Of a DNA stretch of 64,000 bases, positions 25,165-38,674 are shown one piece after another. A program made the position numbers and the translations under genes. The DNA comes from Azolla caroliniana (taxonomy: Eukaryota; Plantae; Polypodiophyta). The stretch spans positions 1,798,001 through 1,862,000 of the forward strand of contig JBHGNT010000013.1 of assembly GCA_043228905.1 (NCBI GenBank), in the 5' to 3' direction. The stretch's first letter is position 1; every line of letters begins with the position of its first letter. Under the pieces are notes generated by a model, which searched no databases, had not been told where the DNA came from, and saw nothing but the letters and a program-made list of their open reading frames with translations.

Positions 25165-28100
25165 ACTTTTGTAGCATTTAACTATGTGTCATAGAATCAT
25201 ATTCTATGTCACATAACTAATGAGTTTCCACATTCCCTATGACCGATGAGCTTCGGTAGTTAATGAAGAGAGAGGGTGACTATATAAAGTACCCTCCTAC
25301 TTTATAATGTGTTGGTTAATCTCCTTTGTAATATGTATACAATTTTCTTGAGGATTCTATTTTCCACTCTATCTATCTTGTGCCTCTCTCCTCTCCGCTT
25401 CTAAAACACACACAACACATCTCTAACCTATTCCGTTGCACAGAATCACCATCGATTCTTTACATGGTATAAGAGCGCTTTAGTAGCTCGATCTAGCCCA
25501 TCATCGTGTGTTGTGTCTATGCTGACGATTCAAAGAAATCCGGCTCATCGCTATTGTAGTGCCGCTACATAGCTTGTATTCAAGAGAGAAGAAGAAAGAA
25601 TAAATCTACATCGAACACCATGAACACTCAAATGGGGAGCGCTCTCCCTAGCGAGAAGTTGGACTGAAATAACTTCGCATCTTGGGAGTACAAGATGCAC
25701 CAATACCTTGGCAGTCAAGGTTATTGGAGCTACATCAAAGGAGCACAAGAAAATCGACCCAACCCAAAGGACGTCAACTACTCAACATGGGAGCAAGCGG
25801 CAAGTTGAGTAGTGTATTGCTTGGCGACATGTGTTCATGACCACATGCTCGGCTACATTCGAGAAGCCATGATGCCAAAGGAAGCATGGGAGAATCTAAG
25901 GAAGATTGTCACGGCCAACACAACCGCAAGAAAGCCTCAACTCCGCCAAGAGTTGAACACTGTACAACAAAGGGACATATCCATCACAAGCTACACCTTG
26001 AAGATCAAGGAACTTTGTGATTCACTCAGCTCAATAAGTGTCAATGCGGATGATGACGAGATGGTGCAAATATGTCTCGACGACCTCGCACCATGGTTCG
26101 GCGCGATGAGAACCGTCATTCTAGCAAGGGAGAATCCCCCCTCTTTCTTCGATCTTCCATCAATGCTATTGGTTGAAGAAAATCATGTTCGAACTAAGAG
26201 CAATGCCTCGGAAGGCCACATGCTCTACACACACTCGGATGGAGGAAGAGGGCGCAGTTGAGCAAGAAGAGGCTGATTCGGCCAAGGACGACGTGGACGA
26301 GCTCCGACCTATGAAAACAACTCCCATTACCGGCAAGATGTTGGAAACCCAAGAGGAGCATTCGGAAGAAGGGGGAGTTTCCATGCCGGTCAAAGCCGAC
26401 AAAACTCAACCGAATGCGGATATTGCGGCAAAATTGGCCACCACGAAGAAGAAGAGTGAGTCGGCTTCCACAAGTTGACAACTCACCAATTACACCACCA
26501 ACTCCCACTATGAAGACCATGGTGGAACGTTCGTGATGAGACATAGAGCAAATTCTATGTTAGCCTCTACTTCAACTAGTGCCTCCAATCCGAAAGATGT
26601 ATGGTTTGTCGACTCTAGTGCCTCGAACCATATGACGTCTCATCAAGAATGGTTTTGAGACTTACAAGAGCCGAATCGACCCGGTTATGTCGAAACCAGA
26701 GATGACACTACTCATCCAATTTGGCATATCGGCAATGTCCGATTCGGGAAAGACGGCCAACAAACTTGCATCAAAAATGTCTTGCATGTACCAATCATAA
26801 CGAAGAATTTGGTCTCGGTCAGCCAAATTGTTGAGCAAGGCATGCAAGTTCGATTCAACCGAGGTGGTTGCTTCATTGAGAAGGAAGGCTGACTAATCGC
26901 TCGTGGTCGAAGGGAAGGTCAAATGTTTATCCTCAAGTCGAACGAGGTGAAATCAGCCATGTTTGCAAAGGGCCTCAAAGCTGACACCAACATAGAGCTA
27001 TGGCATAAAAGAATCGGCCATATCAATCTCGATTCTCAACAAACTCAAGGCGATGAAATCGAAAGGAGTCGTCATCGGGCTCCCGACCTTCGAAGAGAAA
27101 GAGATTGAAGGAGTATATGAAGCATGTTTATTTGGCAAGCAACATTGGCACCCGTTCCCAAAGGAGAGGAACGTGAGCAAAGGCCTATTGGACGTAGTCC
27201 ACTCCGATGTGTGGGGACCAACACAAACGACCACATTCGGAGGATGTCGATACTATGTTACCTTCATCGACAACTTCTCTAGATACACACATGGATCTTT
27301 TCCATGAGGATGAAGAGCGAAGTGTTTAGACACTTCCAAAAATTCAAAAGCGAAGTCGAAAAGACAATTGGTCACCATGTACGATGTCTTCAGTCGGACG
27401 GAGGAAAGGAATACTTCTCCAATGCATTCACGGCATACCTTCGCCAAGAAGGACTTCGGCGAGAATTCACTTGCCGACACACACTGCAACAGAACGGTGT
27501 AGCCAAACGCAAGAATCGGCACATCCTCGAAGTAGCAAAGGGTCATGCTAAACGAGAAGCATATGCCCAAGTCATATTGGGCAGAAACAACAAATATTGT
27601 CGTCTACCTCATGAACCAGTGCACAATATCTAGAGTGCACGATGTAACCCCACACGAGAAATAATATGGAAAGAAGCCGGATCTATCCCATGTAAGGATA
27701 TTCAGCTAAATTGCATACATGCACATTCCCGATGAGAAGCAGAAAAAGCTTGACCCAAAATCAAAGAAGTGCATCCTCGTGGGGTACTCGCTAGAGAAAA
27801 AGGGGTACAAGTGCTATAATCTATCTAGCCGGAAAGTTTGAGTGAGTCAAGACGTCGTTTTTGATGAGTCAACATCCAAGTACAAACTAGAGACGACGCC
27901 TACTCCAACCCCAATCAACCCGAACTGGCCCAACCAAGAGATAGAAGACGAAGATCAACTAAGGCATTTGTTCGAAGAAAGTCCAATCACGACCAAGCTT
28001 AGTGGGCCACAAGAGCCCCCGAGTGACCAGAGCACATCTCGACCAAGTCTGAAGATGGACAAAGGCAAGGCCAAAATGCCAGAATATGGAGATGATCAAT

Positions 28101-30315
28101 TCGACGACAACGAATCGACTCACTCACTCGACAGTGAGTTCGGTGCCTTTGATGTGCCTCTTAGGTCACTCGAAGTTAAGAAAGCACTCACATCGGCAAA
28201 TGAGAAACTCTATCGCTCCACCCAAGAGAAGAATCTGGTTAGCCGATTCGGTTACAACGACTATATGGCATATCATTATGCCTTTTATGATGAAGGTGGT
28301 GACAATCCGAGAACTGCAAAATTTTTCCAAAGCAACTAAATATCCGCGATGGGTCGAAGCGATGAACGAGGAGATGCAAGATCTCAGCAAGAATGATACA
28401 TGGGATCTCGTCCCCCACTCGCCTCACAAGAAAGCAATCGGTTGCAGATGGATTTACAAGGTGAAGTATAATGTTGACGGCTCCGTTAACCGCTACAAAG
28501 CCCGACTCATAGCGAAAGGATACGCACAAACACATGGAGTCGACTATGAAGAGACCTTTGACCCGATGGCAAAGATGACGATTGTGCGGACTGTGATTGC
28601 ACTTGCAATGGCGAAAGGGTGGCACATCCACCAAATGGACGTCAATAACGCCTTGCTTCAAGGCGAATTAGAAGAGGAGGTGTACATGGTACAACCACCC
28701 GGCTTCAAATCCAACATCCATCCGAAAGCAGCTTGCCGATTAAAGAAGCCGCTCTACGGCCTTAAGCAAGCAGAACGTGTTTGGCATTTGAAGATAACAC
28801 AATATCTTCATTGAATCAGCTTCTGAATGTCAAAATTCGACAACTCTCTCTATGTAAGAAGCGATTCCGAAAGTCCAATTGTCATCATCCTATACGTGGA
28901 TGATTTGGTCATTAGAGGTGAGCATCTAGTCGACATCAACAAGGTCAAGTCCCTCCTCTCCAACAAATTCGAGATGACGAACATGAAAGAGCTCCATTAC
29001 TTCCTTGGCGTCGAGGTAATTTGGACTCCATCCGGCATTATGCTCTCTCAAAGACACTACATCCTTAACTTGTTATACAAGTTCGGGATGATTGAGTATA
29101 AGTTTGTGGCAAACCCTCTCAATCCGAACCTAAAGCTAACTGTCGACTGCGGCATAGAAGAGTGTGAGCCAACTCAATATCGACAATTGATCGGGAGCCT
29201 CATCTATCTCACGATCACTCGACCCGACCGTAGCTACTCGATTGGTCTCCTTAACCAATTTATGCGAACACCATGTGACATTCACTTGGATTGCGCTAAG
29301 CGAGTGTTATGATACATGAGTTGTGCAATGGATTGTGGCATTCTCTACAAATCGGCCACACCAATTCGACTCGAGGGGTACACAGATGTCGATTAGGCCA
29401 GCTACAAAGCCGATTAACGATCAACCTCTAGTTTCATCTTCTCCCTCGGAAGTGGAGCCATCACCTGGAGTAGCAAGAAGCAACCAACCATCGCTCTTTC
29501 GAGCATAGAGGCCAAATACAGGGGCGCGGTGGTGGCTGCATGTGAAGCCGTATGGCTTAAGAGGATACTAAAGGATCTGGGTGTTCCCATCAAGGATTCG
29601 ATTCCGCTTTACTGTGACAACATGAGCAGTATTCATCTGGCTCAAAACTTGGTGTTCCACGCACGCACGAAACATATCAAAGTGCACTATCACTTCATTC
29701 GAGAGCGCGTTCAAGCTGGAGATGTCGACCTTCAACACATCAACACGAATCTACAAACGGTCGACATCTTCACCAAAGCCCTATGAGTCGACAAGCTTCT
29801 GCATTTCATGTTAGACCTTGGACTTGCCTAGCTTGAGAGGGAGTACAAACTAGACATTGTCCGAACCAGATATCAACCGAAGTGGACATAAACCGAAAGG
29901 AGCCGATCCAAGTTGAGATTGAGGGGGCATGTTGTGAATCAAGCTCAACCTAGTCTAGTGTGTGAACACACCTCTGAGAGTGTATGAACACTCAAAGGTC
30001 AAAAGTCACCACTACTTTTGTTGCATTTAACTATGTGTCATAGTATCATATTCTATGACACATAACTAATGAGTTTCCACATTCCCTATGACCGATGAGC
30101 TTTGGTAGTTAATGAAGAGAGAGGGTGACTATATAAAGTACCCTCCTCCTACTTTGTAATGTGTCGGTTAATCTCCTTTGTAATATACAGTTTTCTTGAG
30201 TATTCTATTTTCCACGATATTTATCTTTTGTCTCTCTCCTCTTCTAAAACACACACACACACACAACACATCTCTAACCTATTCCATTGCACAGAATCAC
30301 AATTGATTCATTACA
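25165..30315 (+). mobile_element. Ty1/Copia element B, near full length, decayed; same family as A
   Basis: 5' LTR remnant 25165-25464, PBS TGGTATAAGAGC 25465-25476, gag from ~25620, PR/INT/RT, RNase H (LYCDNMSSIHLA...HARTKHI), PPT TTGAGGGGGCA 29919-29929, 3' LTR 29930-30315 (TG...CA). Many stops and frameshifts. Confidence 0.95.
29930..30315 (+). repeat. Copia B 3' LTR (386 bp)
   Basis: TG...CA after the PPT; by eye roughly 94% identical to 25165-25464 over the shared part. Confidence 0.93.
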
Positions 30316-32225
30316 AGGTGGTAGGTCCCTAACGTCATGGCTTTAACCATGCAACTTAGAGGGTACCAAGGTGGACCAAGCTTAGACCTTGTCAACATAG
30401 AGTGTGAGATAAATGACTATATTGTTCATAAAGTGCATGGTTGATTAAAAAATTGATCGATGAAATGATTGTACAAACTGGTGATTAGACCGTGTTTGTA
30501 ATCAATGGTGTACAAGATTATCTAAGGAAGTAAACAACAAAGCCTTTTTGAAGCATTGCATTTAGGTGGGGTGATGTGCATGTGACAAGGTGGGGGGGAA
30601 GGGTTGAACTTCTTATGGAGGTGGGGTGTCTTACGCCATATGCAAGGTGAGAGTATATGGGAGGGATAAGGATAGGTGGTGTGCACTAAGCATCGGGTAA
30701 GGCACAAATAGGTAGAATACTAAATGTAAAGCATCTCTAGATGTAAACATGTCACCATTATAAGTCAATACACAAGAGACCTAGTGTCGAATACAAGGAT
30801 ATAATGGCCATATTCACATTGTCTCATTTGGACAAACTAGGATAGACTACATTTGTAATTAGCTCAAAGGGCAGTTGCCCTAGTTCAATGAGTATATCCC
30901 TGAACTTGTAACTAGTTTGTAATGATAATGTTGATGCCACCATTCTTTCTGTTGTAACTTTTGAATAATACAGTTACATTCTTGTGTGCTTCTTGAGATC
31001 TCTCTCTCTCTCTCTCTCTCTCTCTATGTTTGTCATTGTTGTTGATCTCATTGATTAGTCTTGTCAAGTTGCATTACTCCAGTCTTTGTTCTGATTGATT
31101 TAATCTCCCATCTTGAAAGTTTGTTACGACATAGTGTTGATTTGTTATTTACTCACTGACGACCTTGTTCACAACATTTGGTATCAGAGTAGAGGTTGTT
31201 ACCCATTGCCATCCATTCCCCATCCCTAGCACCACTGTTGCGGCTATAAAAGACCTCAAGTTTGTTGGATCTCTAGAACATACTTTTCCAAGATTTCAAT
31301 TGAACTAAAATCTTTCGTTTGGCAACTCTCAAGATCTTGTTTAGTGAGAAGAGGAAGCACTCTGACAATCCATGCTTTATTCGGCTAGGCAACACTTTTG
31401 GTAGACCAGTTGACTCTACCCCTCTCTCTGCCATAGTCACTCTGAGTAGGATCGACAACGTAGTCCACACCATCCATGCTCAATTCGGCAAGACATCACT
31501 TCGAATAGACTAGTTGACTCTTCTCAACTTTTGGCCATAGCCACTATGGGCAGGACATGTTGACCAATCGACAAAATTCCTTGTTCGATTCAGCTAGATC
31601 AAGATTCAGGTGAACTAGTTGGTTGCACCCACCCCACTAATCATAGTCACCTCAGATTGAATTTTCGACCAGTCGACTCAAATCAAGAAATGGCTTCAAC
31701 ATTTGGCTCATCAGAGATGAGTCTCAAGAAGTTTGACAGCACGAACTTCAACTTTTGGAAGGAGCAAATGCATGATTACCCGATCGTGAAGGGTCAGATC
31801 AACCCAATTGAGAACGAAAATGCTCCTAATGAATACAAGCCGAATGAATGGATGAAATTAGATTGGATAGTGCGAGCCACCATTCAGATGCACCTATCCA
31901 AATCGCTATACTACACAATACAATCATGTTCGACAACTTTTGGACTATGGAAGACACTGTCAGACACTATATGAAAAGAAGGTGGCCGCCACGAAAATAT
32001 ATCTAATTCGACAATTGTATAACCTGTGGATGAAGGAATTCGACTTGCTCCAAACATACCTGAACGAGTACAAAAGTCTCAACTCCCAAATTTCGGTTCA
32101 AGGGATGACGATCGACGATGAGTTGAAAGCTCTCTTGCTTATGAGTAGTCTAACCCCTTCATGGGAAACTTTCGTTACCACAGTGTGTAATACATTGGCT
32201 ATAGTCGTAAAGTACTCTGAGGTTA
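30316..32225 (+). mobile_element. Ty1/Copia element C remnant (LTR end, PBS, truncated gag; Tnt1/Tork-like)
   Basis: LTR-like end ...ACAACA at 31176; PBS TGGTATCAGAG 31179-31189; gag from ATG 31690 (KKFDSTNFNFWKEQMHDY...LWKTLSD/LYEKK...LIRQLYNL...KALLLMSSLTPSWETFVTTV) with one frameshift. Confidence 0.85.
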
Positions 32226-32289
32226 TGAGGAAATTCCAATCGATCATACAAAGTGATTGGCTACAGAGGTTCCTACAATAGAAATATGC

Positions 32290-32600
32290 GTGGATCATAT
32301 ATAGATTATAGATGCATGAAAGCAACCGATTATAGATCATATCCATCATCCATCATCCATCATCATCATCATGGTTGTGATCATCGATCATCTATATAAT
32401 CAATCTCGATAATCTACAATCAATCATCGATCATCTATATAATCAATCATCGATAATATGTAATCAATCATCGATAATCTGTAATCAATCATCGAGCATC
32501 TATAATCATCGATCATTGATCAACTATAATCATCGATCATGGATAATCTATTATCAAGCATCGATCATCGATAATCTATTATCAAGCATCGATCATCGAT
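32290..32600. repeat. ATCGAT/ATCATC-rich low-complexity tract
   Basis: Recurrent CATCGATCATC and ATCGATAATCT units directly visible. Confidence 0.85.
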
Positions 32601-32710
32601 GTGGTTGTGAATGAAGATGAAGGCGGCCTATTTAATGAGAAGAGGTGAAGGGTATTTTGGTAAATTCGGAAAATTCTGCCTTCCTTCCCACCCATGTATC
32701 TGTCTGTCAC

Positions 32711-32930
32711 AAACCCTAACCTCTGCTCATGCTCATGCTCATGCTCATGTCTCTGCATCAGAAACCCCTGAGATCAGAGCTCGCCTAACAGCAGCGGCTA
32801 CAGAAACCCTAGCATGAGTGGCTAGAGAGATCCTGAAGGCGCAGCAAGAGAATCCCTATCCACAGAATCTTGCGAAACCCTGAAAGCAGTAGCTAGAGGC
32901 ATCCTGAAAGCAGGGCGAGAGAAACCCTAA
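32711..32930 (+). promoter_or_regulatory. Telo-box (AAACCCTA) cluster in the PRP38 leader
   Basis: AAACCCTAA 32711, AAACCCTAG 32804, AAACCCTAA 32922 plus AAACCC(C)TG variants; typical of plant RNA-processing and ribosomal protein genes. Confidence 0.6.
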
Positions 32931-32991
32931 AAGCAGAGCAGGAAACCTCGCTGCTAAAAACGGAGCTAGGGAATCCCCTGCAACGTCAGCG

Positions 32992-33288
32992 ATGGAGGTA
33001 GAGACCTGCGGGAAGCCCATAGACAGTCTGTTAGAGAAGGTTCTGTGCATGAACATACTCTCATCAGACTATTTCAAAGAACTGTACAGACTCAAGGCGT
33101 ACAATGAGGTGATTGATGAGATCTACAATCAGGTGGACCATGTGGAACCATGGATGACAGGGAATTGCAGAGGACCTTCCACGGCTTTCTGTTTACTCTA
33201 CAAGCTCTTCACCATGAAGCTTACCGTGAAGCAGATGCAGAGCTTTCTCAACCATCCTGATTCCCCCTACATCAGAGCGGTAGGTGCT

Positions 33289-33327
<39 letters not shown>

Positions 33328-36300
33328 TGATTTTCTAAGTTCCTTTTTTTGCCAAATACTTTTGTTGGGTAAATGAATAGGGTGTCTTATGAATTGTATA
33401 TTTAAAAGAAGCTCTAGAAATTCATGACATTTTACATCCCTTTCAAGAAATGGATTCACTGGGCGTGTTTTGTATGTCATAAGAGCATTTTTTTGAGAAT
33501 TGCCCAACCTTCCCACTTTGTCCCTTGAGCGGTACGTGCTTCTAATTTCTTTAAAGTGTTATTTCTTCATCTAGTTTCTTTCACTTTGTTGGTTAAAAAG
33601 TGTGTTCGGCATGTGGGTTATTTGTATGTCATTGTTAAGCATTGCTGGATCATTTGTGAACTATATCAACTATTGCTGCCTTCAATACCCTTGAATTTCT
33701 TTCAAGTTTTCTTTTTCGTTTCTATTTGTGAATAAAAAGACAATATTTAACATGTGGGGGTTCTAAGCATCGTTAGTAGCTATCAAACATTGTTGAGCCT
33801 TGTGAGGCATACCTAATTATAGCTAAAACATTCCAGTTAGATCTACATCTATATTGTAGGTTATTGGCCAACTTCTATACTGCTGCTGTTCTTTTATATT
33901 ATTTAATGTAGTTTTCTTTTCCTTGTGAGTTCTGATTTCCATAATAAACATTCTAGGCACCAATTAACTTGTATTACTAGTTGAAAGAAGAATGGAACAT
34001 ACAAATTTCAAAATGAAAACCCACAAGGAACATGGAGAACAACAAAATTGTATGAGATGCTCTGGAGATAGTTTGATGCTTGAAAGCACTGAGAATAAAG
34101 AAAGAGGAAATTAACTATGTCAGTTCTCTATGATTGTTAGGCATTTTTTTAGCATTGTCAACTTCTTTTGAGTTATCCAGATTCACCCTATATATGCGTT
34201 GTCGGTGATAGGCCTTCTGTATCCCTGCCTTACTTTCGTTTATATTTTCATTGTTTTTGCTTCTGGCCCGTGGTTTAACAAAGCATTCACCTTATGGTTT
34301 TTGTCCCTGTGATAATAAGCATTATTAGTCATTTTTAAATATCGCTGAACCAACGGAGTGGGATGATAAGCTGAAAACAACCATAGAAAGAAATTGGGGA
34401 GTAATTTGAATATTACTGTAGAATAAGAGTTAATTGAGTATATTTTAGAAACACTCTATTATATCAAACAGAGAAGAGACAGTGTCAAACTGCAGGTGAC
34501 ATTCTTATAAGCAGGTTGTAAGGCAGCAGAATGAAAGAAGAGCAGATGATCAAGCAGAATAATGAGTATTTGGAGAGAAGTAAGCAGTTTATCATAAGAC
34601 CAACAATAATACTCGTAGACAAATATGAACTTGATATGGGATTTTAAAATTCTTGGACCTTTGGCAAGCATTCAAACTCTTTTTTAATACATTTAAGACG
34701 TAAAAGCAACGCCGCAATAATAATTGCATACAAATATGAACCTGATGTGGCAGTTTAAAATTCTTGGACCTTAGGCAAGCGGTAAAAATAATTCATTCAA
34801 TACATAAATGCAACGCAACATTAATAATTGCATATAAATATGAACCTGATGTGGCATTTTAAAAATCTTAGACCTTAGGCAAGCATTAAAAGTTTTTTTT
34901 AATTCATTTAAGACATAAAACCAATGCAAGATTTGAATGTCAAATTGAGGGGGGGTTAAAGTGGTCGATGGGCCTCTTGTAAGGAAATCAGGGGTTTGAA
35001 TGGAAAATCCCTGATGAAGAAGAGAGGTTTTAGGAGAGAATGTTCTCTTTAATATTAGAGAACAGAACAATAGTTAGAGAAGGTTAGAGAAGCTGTTTCT
35101 AAGATTCAACTTATCACCTCATTTGTTTTTTAAAAGTATTCATATTTTACATTTATTTTTCTTTAGCAGAGCATGTTCTCTTTAATATAAGAGAACAGAA
35201 CAGTAGATAGAAAAGTTGTTTCTAATATTCAACAACTCACCATATTTGTGTTTTAAAAGTATTCACACTTTACATTTATTTGCTATTCTTTCAAGTGTTT
35301 CTCATTTCTTTTGCAAGTGGGTTGTGGGTTGGTGTGATTGAGTCAAGTGAGACCAATCTATAAGTTACTGGATTCAAGAGGTTTTAAGAGGCCATTCCTT
35401 AGAATCTAAGAGTCTGCCCTCTGATTGCAGTTCATATAGTAATCAATATGTAAGCAACCTTCTTTATACTGTCGTTGGGGATGTTATTGTCAGTCCCCTG
35501 CCATACAGCATACCAGACACTAAAAAGCGGCTTTATAGCTTTCCCAAATTCTCTTGAATTTGTGGATCAATTCCACATAACTAGGGTTGTGTCAACCCCT
35601 CTAGCGAGCTGATGCTAGTTACCTTTGTGCATCCACATCCTCATCTGACCAATTCCACATAATATGGGATGTGTCAACCCCTCTTGCCAGCTGATGTTAT
35701 CTACCTTTGTGCATCCACATCCTCATTATTGTCATTCACGATTCCCACATTATCATTAATTTGTGTATCAATTCCACATAAGCAGGGTTGTGTCAACCCC
35801 TCTAGCCAGCTGATGCCAGTTACCTTTGTGCATCCATATCCTCATTATTGTCATTCGCGATTCCCACATTATCATTAATTTGTGTATCAATTCCACATAA
35901 GCAGGGTTGTGTCAACCCCTCTAGCCAGCTGATGCCAGTTACCTTTGTGCATCCATATCCTCATTATTGTCATTCGCGATTCCCAAATTTTCATTAATTT
36001 GTGGAACAATTCCACATAATGGGGGTCAATCCTTCTAGCAAGCTGATGCTAGTTGCCTTTGTGCATCCACATCCTCATTATTGTCAAGTCACCATTCCCA
36101 AATGCTCATTAACTTGTGGAACAATTCCACATAATGGGGGATGTGGCATAGCCAGCTGATGCAAGTTACCTTTGTGTATCTACATCCTCAATATTGTCAT
36201 TCATGATTCCCAAATTCTCATTAATTTTTGGAACAATTCTACATAACGGGGGATGTCAACCCCTCTAGCCAGCTGATGCTAGTTACCTTTGTGCATCCAC

Positions 36301-38674
36301 ATCCTCGTTATTGTCATTCACAATAATGTCAACCCCTCTAGCCAGCTGATGCTAGTTACCTTTGTGCATCCACCTCCTCGTTATTGTCATTCACGATTCC
36401 CAAATTCTCATTAATTTGTGGTCAATTCCACATAATGGAGGATGTGTCCATCCCTGGATGGACCTTGGTTGGAATTGAATAAGACTACCTACCCTCTACA
36501 TGTTTTTTCAATTAATCGTGTTTATTAGAGTAATTTTGTAATGATGAGAATGTAATCTTGACACTTGCTATTATTTTTTCATGTGTGTTGATTTTTGTGA
36601 GGAGTTGTTTCCTGTTTGTTGATTGGGTATTGATCGTAATGTTCTGTAACAAAGCCATGAAACATTATAAAATTTGTTTGAACTATCTCTAATGCTTTTA
36701 CAGGCACATTAGGATCTGTGCATCATAGTCATACTTTCCATAAACTCATGCTGTTTGTATGGATCATACTCACATGGAACACTTTTCCAGGATGGTGAAG
36801 GGAGATGAGACCTGCTCACTATGATGAAATGGAACTAAACTTAGGGAATGGAGTAGGGGTTGGTCAAAGGGAATGGGAAATAGGTCAGGAAGCTGAGAAA
36901 TTACGATCTCCTTGTGACTGATGCAATAGCTGTTTGTTTGTAATATGCTGGTTTAATTTACCTATGCTAGATTCTTTATTAATCTGTTTATTTTGGTTTA
37001 TATTTCTAGCCTCCATAATAACCAAGTTGTTCATCACCTCCGAAGGAAGGATATACACTCAGTTCGTCGCTTCTCTTCATGAGCTTCCTGGGTGTATGAT
37101 GTGAGTAGGGACATGATATGTGCATGCTATGCATGATCATGCATGTATTGCCACACAGTATAAGATTGCCATCTATTCTGTAATCTTCAATTTGTTATTT
37201 TCTCTGTCCTGGCTTTCACTTAGTCTCTATTTAAGATCATCAAATGCAAGAATATTTTTGCCTTATTCTGAGACAATGAACATTTAGCCTTTCGTTGCAG
37301 TCCATTAAGCAATCACTAAATGCATCAACGTTTCCAACTGATCAACATTATCTATTCACAGGTTGGCTTCTTGTATTTGCGGTATGTAGGGAATTCGAAG
37401 ACATTATGGGGATGGTATGAGCAATACATCAAAGATGACGAGGTATGTGTATCTTTTATTTTCATTATCAATTTCTGTGTTTTTAGAGGGTCAGGAGGTG
37501 AACTCTCAAGCTGTGGCCTATGAGCCAAGGCTGTGATATATACCAAGATACATTTTTGCGTATAAAATGTGTCACATATACATGTATATGTAACTGTTTA
37601 TTCTTATGATTAAATCTGCCTATAATATTAGCCTTTTTTCATATAGGAGTTTGCACCTGGCTCAAATGGTAAAATGACAACCATGGGAGTCTACATTCGC
37701 GATCTATTGCTAAACCAGGTATATGCAATATCAAACTATTTCATGCTAATATTATTTTTGTTTGCTTTTATTGTTTCCATCAACTAAGAATAATGACCAC
37801 TCTGCAGTATTACTTTGACACTTTGCTTCCTCGTGTCCCGGTTCCAATTATGAGGCAAATAACAACCACCTTAGAAAGGTTAAAGCTTCCAACAAGCTCT
37901 GCTGGGGTTACGGGTACTGGCGGCCGCCATGCTTCAGATGATACGGCTCGGAGGCCACCGTCTGTTAAAGCTTCTCTATCTGTTTCATTTGGACAAAGAG
38001 CTCCTCATAGAGCTTCTACAAGAGATTCATCTCGCAATATCAATGTGCCCCGGAGCATAGGAGCTGAAAGGGAGGGGGATGACAGGAGGAAGGAGTATAA
38101 AGGAAGGGATCGTGATCGTGATTGGGAGACTGAGAAACCAAGAGAACATGATAGGGATAGGAATAGGGATGGGGTTACCAGAGATCGAGATAGACAACAT
38201 GAGATCAGAGATTATGATCAGGATAACAAACGAAAGGGCAGGGATAGAGATTATGATTCTTCAGGAAGGGATAAAGATCGAAATAGGGGGATAATGGAGG
38301 GTGGTAGAGATTATTATAGTCGGGATATAGGAAGGGAGCGTGATAGGGAAAGAGACCGGGATAGAGGCAAGGAGAAAGAGAGGGATAATGATAGATACAG
38401 GGATAGAGGTGGGAAGGTGGACTATTATCGGAGTCGAAGTAGGAGCCCAAGAGGTGGCCGAAGATATCAAAGTCGGAGCCGAAGCAGAAGCCAAGAGAAA
38501 TTCGTTTGTCGGTCAAAGAGTCCTGCCAAGGCTTCTGTAAACCTAGTGAAGCTTAGGAATTTGTATGGAGATGCTACTGCCAAGAGTAACCGTGATGTGA
38601 ATGAGAGTAATTATCCTGTTAAGGATTCAAGTACTGAGGATGTCATTCGTCTCGGTGGAAACTCGTGGCTGTAA
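32992..38674 (+). CDS. PRP38: PRP38-family pre-mRNA splicing factor (PRPF38B/SRL1 type) with RD/RS tail, 435 aa
   Basis: Exons 32992-33279, 37362-37442, 37647-37718, 37808-38674; all GT-AG, phase 0. PRP38 domain MNILSSDYFKELY...VEPW...PSTAFCLLYKLF...SPYIRAVGFLYLRY; RD/RS repeats; C-terminal EDVIRLGG. Confidence 0.93.
34612..34930. repeat. About three tandem ~100-bp copies in PRP38 intron 1
   Basis: AAATATGAAC(C/T)TGAT...TTAAAA...GACCTT(A/T)GGCAAGC recurs three times. Confidence 0.75.
35543..36450. repeat. ~119-bp tandem repeat, ~8 copies (some deleted) in PRP38 intron 1
   Basis: TTCCACATAA...GTCAACCCCTCTAGCCAGCTGATGC.AGTTACCTTTGTGCATCCA recurs at 35571, 35653, 35772, 35891, 36010, 36125 and onward. 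Confidence 0.92.

Noticed and set aside
11338-29786. Numerous antisense and alternative-frame ORFs within the retroelements
   Set aside because: These are expected shadows of GC-rich coding sequence, with no independent motifs.
10887-30320. Copia A 5' LTR and Copia B 3' LTR as ends of one element with TSD AGATA/AGGTG
   Set aside because: The TSD matches only 3 of 5, and LTR A is clearly more diverged from B's 3' LTR than B's own 5' LTR is.
35543-36450. CRISPR-like array
   Set aside because: Whole units repeat with no unique spacers, there are no cas genes, and it lies in a eukaryotic intron.
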